Part shown: piece after piece, positions 23,923-31,484 of the stretch
How the letters are laid out: each line of letters starts with the position of its first letter
Numbering within the stretch: the first letter of the stretch is position 1
From: a virus
Direction: 5' to 3' (one strand)
DNA: 41,862 nucleotides
IMG/VR virus record: IMGVR_UViG_3300045988_174050
The notes under the pieces: model-generated
What the model was told of the DNA's origin: nothing
Databases searched by the model: none
The model's input: only the letters and a program-made list of their open reading frames with translations
Made by a program: the position numbers and the translations under genes

Positions 23923-24000
23923 CGGGAAAAAACGATAATTCCCAATAGCGGGAAATTATGTAACAGTTTAATGTGTTACGTAACAAATCAATGTGTTACA
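23896..24000. promoter_or_regulatory. Repeat-rich region upstream of int: the perfect 22-bp palindrome cgggaaataacgttatttcccg, ACGGGAAA x3 at 26-bp spacing, and AATGTGTTAC x2
   Basis: Directly visible. It overlaps the 3' end of the nuclease gene and the int promoter region. Confidence 0.35.
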
Positions 24001-24005
24001 TTAAA

Positions 24006-25076
24006 ATGGCATTGAGGAAGATTCGCAAAACTTTTTACGTATATTTTCGCGATCTGGACGGAAGGCTGAAAACGCGGTCACTCAAAACGACCGATCCGGC
24101 GCTGGCGCGGTCGTTGCATGATGACTACATGACGCAACTCCAAGCGAAAAAGGCGCGGGCCATCCTGATCCGTGACTTCCCGGAGCTTGCGCCACCGCCA
24201 GAGCCGCCAAAGCCAGCGACAGGAGTTCACCAGCGCGGCGGAATCCGGATTGCTGACATGTGGGATTGCGCAATAAAAAAACGACCGTTGAGCAAACGAC
24301 ACAAGGAGAACTGGCAAAAACTGGTGGACGGAATCGGCGTAAAATTCGCGGATCAGGTAACGCCATCGCTGGCGCTAAAATTTCTTGAGGATCGTTACGG
24401 CAAGGGGAACGGGAAAACGTACAACAACATGAAATCTTCTTTCAACACCGTATTTCGATGCTGTTTAGTCGAGGCTAATTTAACCGCTTCTCCGTTTGCT
24501 TCGATCATTAACAAGCGAGTAACAGAGGTTGCACACCACCGTAACTTGACGCTGGAAGAATTTGCGCTGGTCATGAAAAATCTTCCTCTCCCCCTCAAAA
24601 TTCTAGCGATGCTCTCCCGCTGGACAACTCAACGGCTGGAAACCTGCGCGCGTATGACGCCGGAGATGTTCGATTTTGAAAGAAAAGTTTTCATCATTGA
24701 TCCCGGAAAAACTCGCCGGTTCAAAAAATGGGTTTGCTGCCCAATCATGCCGGAACTTGAGGAGTTTATAAAGCCAATTTTATCACGATGCAAGCCGGGG
24801 AAACCGATTGTCCAAAATTTTTGCGATTGGAACAATCATTATTTTTCGTACATGTTTAACAAAATCTTGAGAGAATGCGGTATAGAGAACAACAAATCAG
24901 GAACGGCAACTTTTCACTCGATCCGAGGGACGGCAATCACATGGTTTAAGGAACACGGGATAAAAGGCGAGGAATTGCGCTCCATTACCGGGCATGCGTC
25001 GGCAGATGTTGAAGATATTTACGCGCGTGACATTGCTACGATCAGCCGCATTGCGCGCGAGTTCGATCGTATGTAA
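24006..25076 (+). CDS. int: Tyrosine integrase
   Basis: C-terminal catalytic region ...HSIRGTAITW...ITGHASADVEDIYARD... with R, H-x-x-R and Y residues. It is adjacent to attP. Confidence 0.85.
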   Translation: MALRKIRKTFYVYFRDLDGRLKTRSLKTTDPALARSLHDDYMTQLQAKKARAILIRDFPELAPPPEPPKPATGVHQRGGIRIADMWDCAIKKRPLSKRHKENWQKLVDGIGVKFADQVTPSLALKFLEDRYGKGNGKTYNNMKSSFNTVFRCCLVEANLTASPFASIINKRVTEVAHHRNLTLEEFALVMKNLPLPLKILAMLSRWTTQRLETCARMTPEMFDFERKVFIIDPGKTRRFKKWVCCPIMPELEEFIKPILSRCKPGKPIVQNFCDWNNHYFSYMFNKILRECGIENNKSGTATFHSIRGTAITWFKEHGIKGEELRSITGHASADVEDIYARDIATISRIAREFDRM

Positions 25077-25222
25077 TCCTGTATGTAATGCATCTTGTTT
25101 CTGCTTAAAATCGGAGGTTCGATTCCTCTCCCGGGTACCATTTTAAACAAAAATTCCCCTCAAAATGCAAATCTTGAGGGGATAATTTTTGGCTTTTCTG
25201 TATGTAATTTTGTATGTAATCA
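25069..25222. other. attP region: the core carries a tRNA 3'-end fragment (25112-25140), flanked by four arm-type repeats TGTATGTAAT (25069-25077, 25081-25089, 25198-25207, 25211-25220)
   Basis: ggaggttcgattcctctcccgggtacca reads as a T-stem, TTCGATT loop, T-stem, 7-nt acceptor strand, discriminator and CCA. It sits immediately 3' of int. Confidence 0.5.
25157..25190. terminator. Bidirectional intrinsic terminator (cccctcaa...ttgagggg followed by ATAATTTTT; the other strand also has a T-run)
   Basis: 8-bp stem, 9-nt loop and flanking T-runs on both strands, lying between int and the convergent 25300-25629 gene. Confidence 0.55.
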
Positions 25223-25299
25223 GCAAAACAAACTTCGCTCGAACTGATCCGGGTCAAGCTCGTATAGTATCGCTGAGAAAAACCAGAATTTTTCGATCA

Positions 25300-25629
25300 T
25301 CATTCCACCCCGTACTTTTTCGCGTAACCGTCAACAGCGTCCTGCCAGACGCGCATGTTCATCCCCTCCGGGAGGTGCCGCTTTACCGCACACATGACAA
25401 TTTTCAGTTCCGCAAACTCGTGCATAATGCCTTCCACGTCTCCCCGGCTCAGACAGTCGAGCAGCTCGCCGATTTCGTGCAAAGCATGCATTTCCAGCGC
25501 CGGAATATCCATCGTTTCCGCCAGTTTTGCAACGACGTGTTCCATTCGCTTTTCGGTTTCGCTTTCCGCACCCTCCATGTACTCTGAAATCATTTCGCGG
25601 ACGGCCTTTTTCATTTCTTCGGTCATCAT
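25300..25629 (-). CDS. Hypothetical protein, possibly a MazG-like NTP pyrophosphohydrolase
   Basis: 109 aa. The acidic helical pattern ...HEIGELLDCLSRGDVEGIMHEFAELK... resembles the EExxE/D motifs of MazG-like proteins. The assignment is weak. Confidence 0.3.
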   Translation of the reverse strand: MMTEEMKKAVREMISEYMEGAESETEKRMEHVVAKLAETMDIPALEMHALHEIGELLDCLSRGDVEGIMHEFAELKIVMCAVKRHLPEGMNMRVWQDAVDGYAKKYGVE

Positions 25630-25653
25630 TTTTTTGTGTCTCCTGTTTTTATT

Positions 25654-25869
25654 TTACATGCCGAGCATTCGCATCAAATTACCGAACTGAGGCGCGTTTT
25701 TGATCTGCTGAAGCCGCTGCATCGTTTGCGGGTTCATCATCTTTTGCGCAAAATCGACCAGCTGCGTCGCTATTTTCTGGTCGTTGCGCGTGCCGTTCCG
25801 AGCGCCCTTCTCCAGCAGGATTTGGCAATTCCCGTTTTCCTCGCGCACAATAATCGTTGTCTGATTCAT
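25654..25869 (-). CDS. Hypothetical small protein, 71 aa
   Basis: ORF in the operon with its neighbours. Confidence 0.3.
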   Translation of the reverse strand: MNQTTIIVREENGNCQILLEKGARNGTRNDQKIATQLVDFAQKMMNPQTMQRLQQIKNAPQFGNLMRMLGM

Positions 25870-25872
25870 TTG

Positions 25873-26331
25873 TTACCTCCCGAAACTGGGTTGAATGATC
25901 GGCGGCATGATGGGCGCCGGCGTTGAAATAACCGGCGATGGAGTGTAGAACTGCGGCATCGGTTGCGGCTGATATTGCGGAACGTACTGAACAGGCTGTG
26001 GAGCAGGTTGCGGCGGCAACTGTTGCGTTTTTTGCAACAGTTCCTTGATCTCTTTCATGCCGTTTTCCAGAGCGGAAAAACGCTTTTCAAGTGCCGGATC
26101 GGACGTTTCCGGCGACTGATACTTTTTCGCGATTCCGTCAAGCTCTTCCTGCAGTGCCGCAAAGTGTCGCTTATATGCCTCAAGCTCCGCCGCCGTCCGC
26201 TCTGAACTTCCCGTCGGTGACGCCTCGTGCCGTTCAGCCGTTTCCACGTGTTCAGCGTTGCCGGATGCCGGAATATCCAGCGGAGAGACGGCCGCGCCGA
26301 CTTCTTCGAATTCCATTTTTTCAGTTGCCAT
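25873..26331 (-). CDS. Hypothetical protein with a Pro/Gln-rich C-terminus
   Basis: 152 aa, ending ...QQLPPQPAPQPVQYVPQYQPQPMPQFY.... RBS GGGAGA. Confidence 0.4.
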   Translation of the reverse strand: MATEKMEFEEVGAAVSPLDIPASGNAEHVETAERHEASPTGSSERTAAELEAYKRHFAALQEELDGIAKKYQSPETSDPALEKRFSALENGMKEIKELLQKTQQLPPQPAPQPVQYVPQYQPQPMPQFYTPSPVISTPAPIMPPIIQPSFGR

Positions 26332-26531
26332 TTTTCGGTTCTCCCGTGTTTGTAATACATTACGCTGAAAACATCCGTTTCGGTAAAAAATTTTAGTGAT
26401 GTTTTCAATAAAAACGGCAAATTTTACATTTCAGAAACGCCGGTTTCAATGGCATATTTCGCGCGTAACGGGGAGGCCATCGCGCGAGGCTGAACCACAA
26501 ATTTTCAACACAAAACAAACGAGGTGAAAAA

Positions 26532-27143
26532 ATGGCGGAAGCTGTGCCTGTGGTGGACGTTATGTCCGGTAACTCTAACTCGATGCTTGATGGACTGGCC
26601 CTCGCGAATGGCGGATGCGGATTCGGCGGCGGAAACGGCGCTCTCTGGATTCTGTTCCTGCTGGTCGCTCTGGGTGGCGGAAACTTCGGTGGCTGGGGTG
26701 GTCGCAATGCTCTTGGCGCTGATCTCGCGGCCACGACTGCCGAGGCGGTGGCGGAAAACAAGGCCGGTCTGAACTACATCGGGCAGGCGACTGCCGCGCA
26801 GGGTGTTAAGCTTGACAACATCATCGCCGGGCAGTACCAGAACACCATCAACCTGTCGAATGCGATTTGCCAGCTCGGCTATCAGGACGCGATGAACTTC
26901 GCAAGCGTTCAGCAGAACCTTGCCGCTTGTTGCTGCTCTGTCAAGCAGGAAATCGCACAGGCGAAGTACGACACCGCGCTTCAGTTCGCCGCGCTCACGA
27001 AGCAGATTGCCGACGAAGGTTGCGCTACCCGGTCGTTCATCGCCGCTCAGCACACCGCCGACGTTGAGCGGGAACTTCAGGACTACAAACTGAAGGTCGC
27101 TCTGGCTGAACAGGCGAACAGCTGCAACAACTGCTGCTGCTAA
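26532..27143 (+). CDS. Gly-rich membrane-associated protein with a C-terminal Cys cluster (..SCNNCCC)
   Basis: 203 aa. The N-terminal region is GGCGFGGGNGALWILFLLVALGGGNFGGWGG (a Gly-rich hydrophobic segment), followed by helical repeats and then AACCC...SCNNCCC. RBS GAGGTG. Confidence 0.5.
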   Translation: MAEAVPVVDVMSGNSNSMLDGLALANGGCGFGGGNGALWILFLLVALGGGNFGGWGGRNALGADLAATTAEAVAENKAGLNYIGQATAAQGVKLDNIIAGQYQNTINLSNAICQLGYQDAMNFASVQQNLAACCCSVKQEIAQAKYDTALQFAALTKQIADEGCATRSFIAAQHTADVERELQDYKLKVALAEQANSCNNCCC

Positions 27144-27160
27144 CCGCATGAGGTGAGACA

Positions 27161-27490
27161 ATGGCTTGCAACAACAATTGCGCGAAATACGTCAGCCGGA
27201 GCGGCGTGCCGTTCTACTCGGCTACGGTGAGTGAGAACACTACGACCGAAACCCTGCGTGTCTGCACCTCCGCGTGCAAATTGCGCTGTTTCGGGGTGTT
27301 CGGAATTTTCGTTCCGAGCCAGCCGACGACCACCACGCTGACGGTTGATCTGACCGACTGCAACGGCAACACCGCGCCTCTTTACCTCGCTTCTACCGGG
27401 GTTCAGGCGACGGCGGCGGCGCTGGTTGCGAATACGACGCACCTTGTCACGTTCGACAAGTTCTCGGGTCAGTATTTCCTGCAGGATTAG
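27161..27490 (+). CDS. Cys/Thr-rich small protein (N-terminus MACNNNC), co-transcribed with 26532-27143
   Basis: 109 aa, beta-rich and Thr-rich, followed by a strong terminator. Confidence 0.5.
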   Translation: MACNNNCAKYVSRSGVPFYSATVSENTTTETLRVCTSACKLRCFGVFGIFVPSQPTTTTLTVDLTDCNGNTAPLYLASTGVQATAAALVANTTHLVTFDKFSGQYFLQD

Positions 27491-27505
27491 CGCCTGAAAA
27501 CATCG

Positions 27506-27541
27506 ATCCCCCGTTCCGGAACTCCGGTCGGGGGATTTTTT
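27506..27541 (+). terminator. Intrinsic terminator (atcccccg...cgggggat followed by a T-run)
   Basis: Directly visible hairpin followed by TTTTTT. Confidence 0.6.
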
Positions 27542-27546
27542 ATAGC

Positions 27547-27777
27547 GTGGATAGCGTGCAAATGCGTAAAAATGCGTTTGAAACAAGCGACGTTATCGGA
27601 AACGTCATCGGCAACTGGTTATACGATCAGATTGTCCAGCAGGACAAAAAAGAGGCCGCCATCATTGAGCGGCTGGAGCGGATAGAATCGCTGTTGATTG
27701 ACCTGTCGGCTGGTCGTATTCAGCAATCGCGTGTTTCAGGAACTGCAAAAGCGAGCGGTCAGGGATCGGGCATTTGA
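27547..27777 (+). CDS. Doubtful small ORF, 76 aa
   Basis: It has no RBS and overlaps the convergent 27662-28102 gene by about 115 nt. Confidence 0.15.
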   Translation: MDSVQMRKNAFETSDVIGNVIGNWLYDQIVQQDKKEAAIIERLERIESLLIDLSAGRIQQSRVSGTAKASGQGSGI

Positions 27778-28102
27778 AACAGTCGCCGTGGCATAAAAAA
27801 TTCCGGCAAAGGTCATGCGCCCGGCAGTGCTGGCATTTCCCGGAAGTAAGGTCTTCCGGATGAAACTTTTCTCCGCACGTCCGGCATGAGCGCAATCCGC
27901 GCTCTTTCAATCGCTCTGCGCATTTCTGGCATTCACGATCAGACGCAAGGCGCAAGACGCGGCAACGCGCATAAAGCGCTCGGAAACGTCCGTTTCCCAG
28001 CTCCTCCCGGTCATCGGCGTATTTCAGCAGTCGCCGTGCGTGAACCTCCGAGCAGCCGAGAACGGCCGCCGCTTCATGCGTTGTCAGAAACTCGCTTTGC
28101 AT
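27662..28102 (-). CDS. HTH DNA-binding protein (MerR/excisionase-like N-terminus) with a C-terminal zinc-finger-like Cys cluster
   Basis: Start at MQSEFLTTHEAAAVLGCSEVHARRLL. C-terminal cluster CQKC...CRTC...CQHC...CHGDCFKC. Confidence 0.45.
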   Translation of the reverse strand: MQSEFLTTHEAAAVLGCSEVHARRLLKYADDREELGNGRFRALYARCRVLRLASDRECQKCAERLKERGLRSCRTCGEKFHPEDLTSGKCQHCRAHDLCRNFLCHGDCFKCPIPDRSLLQFLKHAIAEYDQPTGQSTAILSAPAAQ

Positions 28103-28458
28103 TGTCTCCCCTGTAATGAAGCACTGCACCGCCCGGCGTCAACACATAACGCTCGCCGTTTTCCATTTCAACGACGCTTCGAGCTGTTGCAACCGAAGTT
28201 GTTTCCGGTTCGAATTCGTGTTGATCCAGCCACGGGCAGGGATCGGTCATGTCAATCGTAGGAATAACGCGCTGCTTGTTTGCCAGATAGCGCATGAAAT
28301 GATTGCGGAGCATTTCGAGGGAGGGGCGAGAACCCAATTTTAGTTCGTCCCAATGCGACAAAACCGCGTGTCCGTTTTCGTCTGTTTCAAACGAAAAATC
28401 AACGCCCGGCCTCGCCGTTGGGATCGCCGCAATAACCATTTCTTCAAGTCGCGTCATG
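28074..28458 (-). CDS. Hypothetical protein
   Basis: ORF with start chosen at MTRLEEMV. It overlaps the next gene by about 28 nt. Confidence 0.3.
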
Positions 28459-28547
28459 TCGAAAACTCCTGTTCTACTGTAACATACTACGAAACACGGA
28501 GTTTGCAAACAAAAAAAGCGGATGTTTTCATCAAACACCCGCAAAAA

Positions 28548-28922
28548 TTATTTTGCTGCCTCCATTGCCGCCAGTATTCGTTGCAACTGAGTGAGTCTGT
28601 GAATTGGAATTTTTTGTCTCCCAATTCGATAACTGGCGATTGTTGACATAGAACAACCGAGCATGTCAGCTGTCAATTGATTATTCAGGTGGTATTTTTG
28701 CATTAGTCCACGAAACATTAATGTTCTGGCCTCAGGGGAGAGTGATTCATCGAGCGTTGGTTCTATTCGCGGATCCTCAACGCCAATTTTTCGCAACCAA
28801 TCGGCCATCCCTCCGGACAGTGGAGAATTGGGGGTTGAAACCATTGCGATCACCTGTTCGAGTCGGTAATGACAACTGTCCGCATTGTCCAGAATTTTTT
28901 GAATTTTCTCCTCAGTCGTCAT
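28548..28922 (-). CDS. XRE-family HTH transcriptional regulator
   Basis: C-terminal HTH ...LNNQLTADMLGCSMSTIASYRIGRQ.... Start chosen at MTTEEKIQ. Confidence 0.5.
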   Translation of the reverse strand: MTTEEKIQKILDNADSCHYRLEQVIAMVSTPNSPLSGGMADWLRKIGVEDPRIEPTLDESLSPEARTLMFRGLMQKYHLNNQLTADMLGCSMSTIASYRIGRQKIPIHRLTQLQRILAAMEAAK

Positions 28923-29227
28923 TTTTGTTTCTCCGCCAAACAAATTGAGACAAATTTCGCTCGTTCGAGTTCCGTGTTCAGGTCGTCGCCGAGCCATTTT
29001 CTATATTCAGATTCACTGATTTCTACCGGCGTTGCGTCAAATCCGGCATCACGCAACGCCGCCACTGTTGCCGAGATCAACTCGCAATGCTGTTCGAATG
29101 TTTGCGTTTCGAGGGGTCGAAAAAGGCGCAAACTCTCCTCGTCCGCGTATCGGGCAACCGGAATTTTGTCACCTGGTTTCGATTTTTCGCGAACGGTTTT
29201 CAGTGTCTCATCTATGATTTTTTTCAT
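28919..29227 (-). CDS. Hypothetical protein, 102 aa
   Basis: ORF in the operon. Confidence 0.4.
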   Translation of the reverse strand: MKKIIDETLKTVREKSKPGDKIPVARYADEESLRLFRPLETQTFEQHCELISATVAALRDAGFDATPVEISESEYRKWLGDDLNTELERAKFVSICLAEKQK

Positions 29228-29639
29228 TTTTCATCTCTCCTAAAATTTCCCGCGCCAGGCGGCGCACCACTCCCCGCTGATTCCCGTCGTATTTTTCGGA
29301 ATAATACCGCGCGTCTGTTATTGTTTCGATTTCGATTATCGCCTCATAATCGCTCAGTAAAAATTCGCGCGCCGCCTGTTCTGCGTTGAATTTTTCCGCG
29401 CTCTCCCAGTAATCAATGCCGCCGTTATCGTACACGTGCACACACGGATAGCCAATTTTTTTGATGTTTTCCCAGTAGCTCGCCGGGATCTCCTCATCAC
29501 ATCCGCCAAACGAATTTATAACGTCATCACGACTGTTAAATTTTTCGATCTCCAGGCCGTCATCAATAGCCGCATTCAGCATACTGTCAATTTCCCATCT
29601 CCGGGCCGGGAGGGTGTGGGGGATTGCGATGTAGTTCAT
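29208..29639 (-). CDS. Hypothetical protein, 143 aa
   Basis: ORF in the operon. Confidence 0.4.
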   Translation of the reverse strand: MNYIAIPHTLPARRWEIDSMLNAAIDDGLEIEKFNSRDDVINSFGGCDEEIPASYWENIKKIGYPCVHVYDNGGIDYWESAEKFNAEQAAREFLLSDYEAIIEIETITDARYYSEKYDGNQRGVVRRLAREILGEMKNEKNHR

Positions 29640-29658
29640 TTTTTGTCGCCTTTCAATA

Positions 29659-29883
29659 TTAGAAACTTTTCAGATATTCTTCGCAATCTTCGATCGAGAT
29701 TGCGTGAATTTTTCCGGTTTCGTCGTTGAGGTAATCGTCTTCGCTGATCGATTTGTCCTCAACAGCCTTCAACAGGTCGGCGGCGGTCATCTGATCCTCG
29801 TATCCGGCCGCGGCATATGTCAAAATTCCTTCAACTCCGGCAATTCCGGTTTTATACTCACGCGCGTAAACTGTGTTTTTCAT
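29659..29883 (-). CDS. Hypothetical small acidic protein, 74 aa
   Basis: First ORF of the operon. Confidence 0.4.
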   Translation of the reverse strand: MKNTVYAREYKTGIAGVEGILTYAAAGYEDQMTAADLLKAVEDKSISEDDYLNDETGKIHAISIEDCEEYLKSF

Positions 29884-29924
29884 TTTTCAAACCCTTCCTT
29901 GTTGTTGAGGATGTCTTCCTCTTT

Positions 29925-29966
29925 TGTTTACAATATTAATATACATGTTTTTTTGTATAAATCAAA
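29925..29966 (-). promoter_or_regulatory. Candidate sigma70-type promoter (TTGATT-16-TATATT on the minus strand) for the 29883-to-27662 operon
   Basis: AT-rich intergenic region. Read on the minus strand: ttgatttatacaaaaaaacatgtatatt. Confidence 0.3.
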
Positions 29967-30011
29967 CGTTTTTTACAATATTTTTTGTATTTTTTTTTAA
30001 AAAAACACAAA

Positions 30012-30045
30012 AAAATAGCCCGCCGGTTAAAGCGGGCAATATTCC
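30012..30045 (-). terminator. Intrinsic terminator for the lipoprotein gene cluster (gcccgc...gcgggc followed by a long T-run on the minus strand)
   Basis: Plus-strand sequence aaaaaaatagcccgccggttaaagcgggcaat. Confidence 0.6.
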
Positions 30046-30052
30046 TGGTTGT

Positions 30053-30484
30053 CTATTCTGCCGTTTCGGTCTTCTGCTCTGCTCGATATTTCCAGTAATA
30101 TTTGAGGCTCTCGACGTAGTTTTTAGCCATTTCCGGGTCAGATTCAGCCAGATCAACCAGATAGCCGGTTATCTGAGGGCCAACATCGCGGCGAATTCGT
30201 TTAACACCCCTGATCGTACCGGACGTTGAATCGACGCTCACACCATTGTCAGCATCGATCCACAAATCCCAGCTCGAATTTTCCCGGCTGATGTCTACAA
30301 CGTTCAGGCCGTCGGTGTAACTGACATTTGCCGTCGCGTTTTGCGGGTCAATGCCGAAATTCATCCGAGTTCCGACGGTGAATGCGCCGGTGTTATGGCT
30401 ACAGCCAGCAACCAGAAACAGCGCGGCAAACATCGCAACAAAAATGCCGGTGACTTTGAATTTCTCGCCGCACTTTTCACTCAT
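30053..30484 (-). CDS. Lipoprotein (signal peptide with lipobox LVAGC)
   Basis: MSEKCGEKFKVTGIFVAMFAALFLVAGCSHN.... Confidence 0.55.
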   Translation of the reverse strand: MSEKCGEKFKVTGIFVAMFAALFLVAGCSHNTGAFTVGTRMNFGIDPQNATANVSYTDGLNVVDISRENSSWDLWIDADNGVSVDSTSGTIRGVKRIRRDVGPQITGYLVDLAESDPEMAKNYVESLKYYWKYRAEQKTETAE

Positions 30485-30782
30485 TTTCCTTTTCCTCCTG
30501 TTCGAGCTCTCCCATCACCTCGCGGAGCTTCTCAAGGCCCAGCGGGATCGCCGCTTTGATTTTCTCCGCATTTGCCGCACCAAGTTTGCCATCGGCAACC
30601 AGCTGATCAATGTACTCGAGCGCCGCTTCCTGCCCCTGCGTCTCGACGTATTCGAGAATCGCCTGATGTGCGGCGTTGCGAAGTTCGATTGTCTGTTCCT
30701 CGCTCAAACATCCTGCCAGAGTAACCAGCAGTGCGATAGTGCAGAGTGCTACGATTTCAGTAAAAATTTTCGGTTTCATCAT
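30477..30782 (-). CDS. Lipoprotein (lipobox LAGC) with a helical mature domain
   Basis: MMKPKIFTEIVALCTIALLVTLAGCLSEE.... It overlaps the upstream TM-protein gene by 4 nt. Confidence 0.55.
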   Translation of the reverse strand: MMKPKIFTEIVALCTIALLVTLAGCLSEEQTIELRNAAHQAILEYVETQGQEAALEYIDQLVADGKLGAANAEKIKAAIPLGLEKLREVMGELEQEEKENE

Positions 30783-31096
30783 TGTTCAATCTCCCTATTT
30801 TTTGTGATTAACGGAGTGCCCGGATTTAGCCGATTATGGCATTCCTCGATTGCCGCCAGTTTCCACCCATGATTACGTACACGAACGTCGAGCCTCTCGT
30901 ACTGATCACGGACAAGATCGCTCAATTGATCGATTTTTTTCTCGTGTTCATCCATCCAGCGTGTGCAATCCTCTTTGATTACGAATCGTTTAACATCGGC
31001 ATGGAGGCCTTTTAATTCCATGACTATCCACCCGAGAAATGCCGAAATGATCCCTATTCCAACGCCAAAAACCGCGATTGCCCACTGTTCAGTCAT
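30779..31096 (-). CDS. Protein with an N-terminal TM helix and a coiled-coil domain (i-spanin-like or holin-like)
   Basis: WAIAVFGVGIGIISAFLGWIVM, followed by a charged helical region. Confidence 0.45.
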   Translation of the reverse strand: MTEQWAIAVFGVGIGIISAFLGWIVMELKGLHADVKRFVIKEDCTRWMDEHEKKIDQLSDLVRDQYERLDVRVRNHGWKLAAIEECHNRLNPGTPLITKNREIEQ

Positions 31097-31484
31097 GCGT
31101 ATTCTCCATATTTTTTCTATTGTTTCTCCATGCTATCCAGCCAAATAACCGTACTGCAACATACGCAATCAACGCTCGTGAAATCGGCAATCCATCCTCA
31201 ATCAGGATGCATAAAAACATCAAATCGGCCTCTGAGCGCGTCCATTCTGCTGGCTGAATGCGATAAATGTAATCATGCGCAACGCCAGATCGGATACTGC
31301 GAGGATCAACGCACGGAGAGACTAACGACCACGCGAATCGCGGTACGCTGACACCATCACACTCAAACCCGGATGGGACAACAAACGATTTACCGCGAAA
31401 CCTGATTTTTACAGGTTTCAGCAATCGAATGATGTTGCCGCGCTCATCCTCTCTGTGAATGTCAATATGCATTAAATCGCCCAC
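31089..31484 (-). CDS. DUF1353-like protein
   Basis: ...FVVPSGFECDGVSVP...AHDYIYR... matches the DUF1353 pattern (VPxGFxTDGxSxP ... HDxxY) as I remember it. Confidence 0.5.
   Translation of the reverse strand: MGDLMHIDIHREDERGNIIRLLKPVKIRFRGKSFVVPSGFECDGVSVPRFAWSLVSPCVDPRSIRSGVAHDYIYRIQPAEWTRSEADLMFLCILIEDGLPISRALIAYVAVRLFGWIAWRNNRKNMENTHD

Noticed and set aside
25064-25140. Possible complete tRNA gene next to int
   Set aside because: Only the T-arm, acceptor 3' strand and CCA are present. No complementary 5' acceptor strand (ACCCGGG) exists upstream. It is therefore the attP copy of a tRNA 3' end, not a functional tRNA gene.
26505-27161. 218-aa minus-strand ORF
   Set aside because: Antisense to the 26532-27143 plus-strand gene, which has a clear RBS and a downstream terminator.
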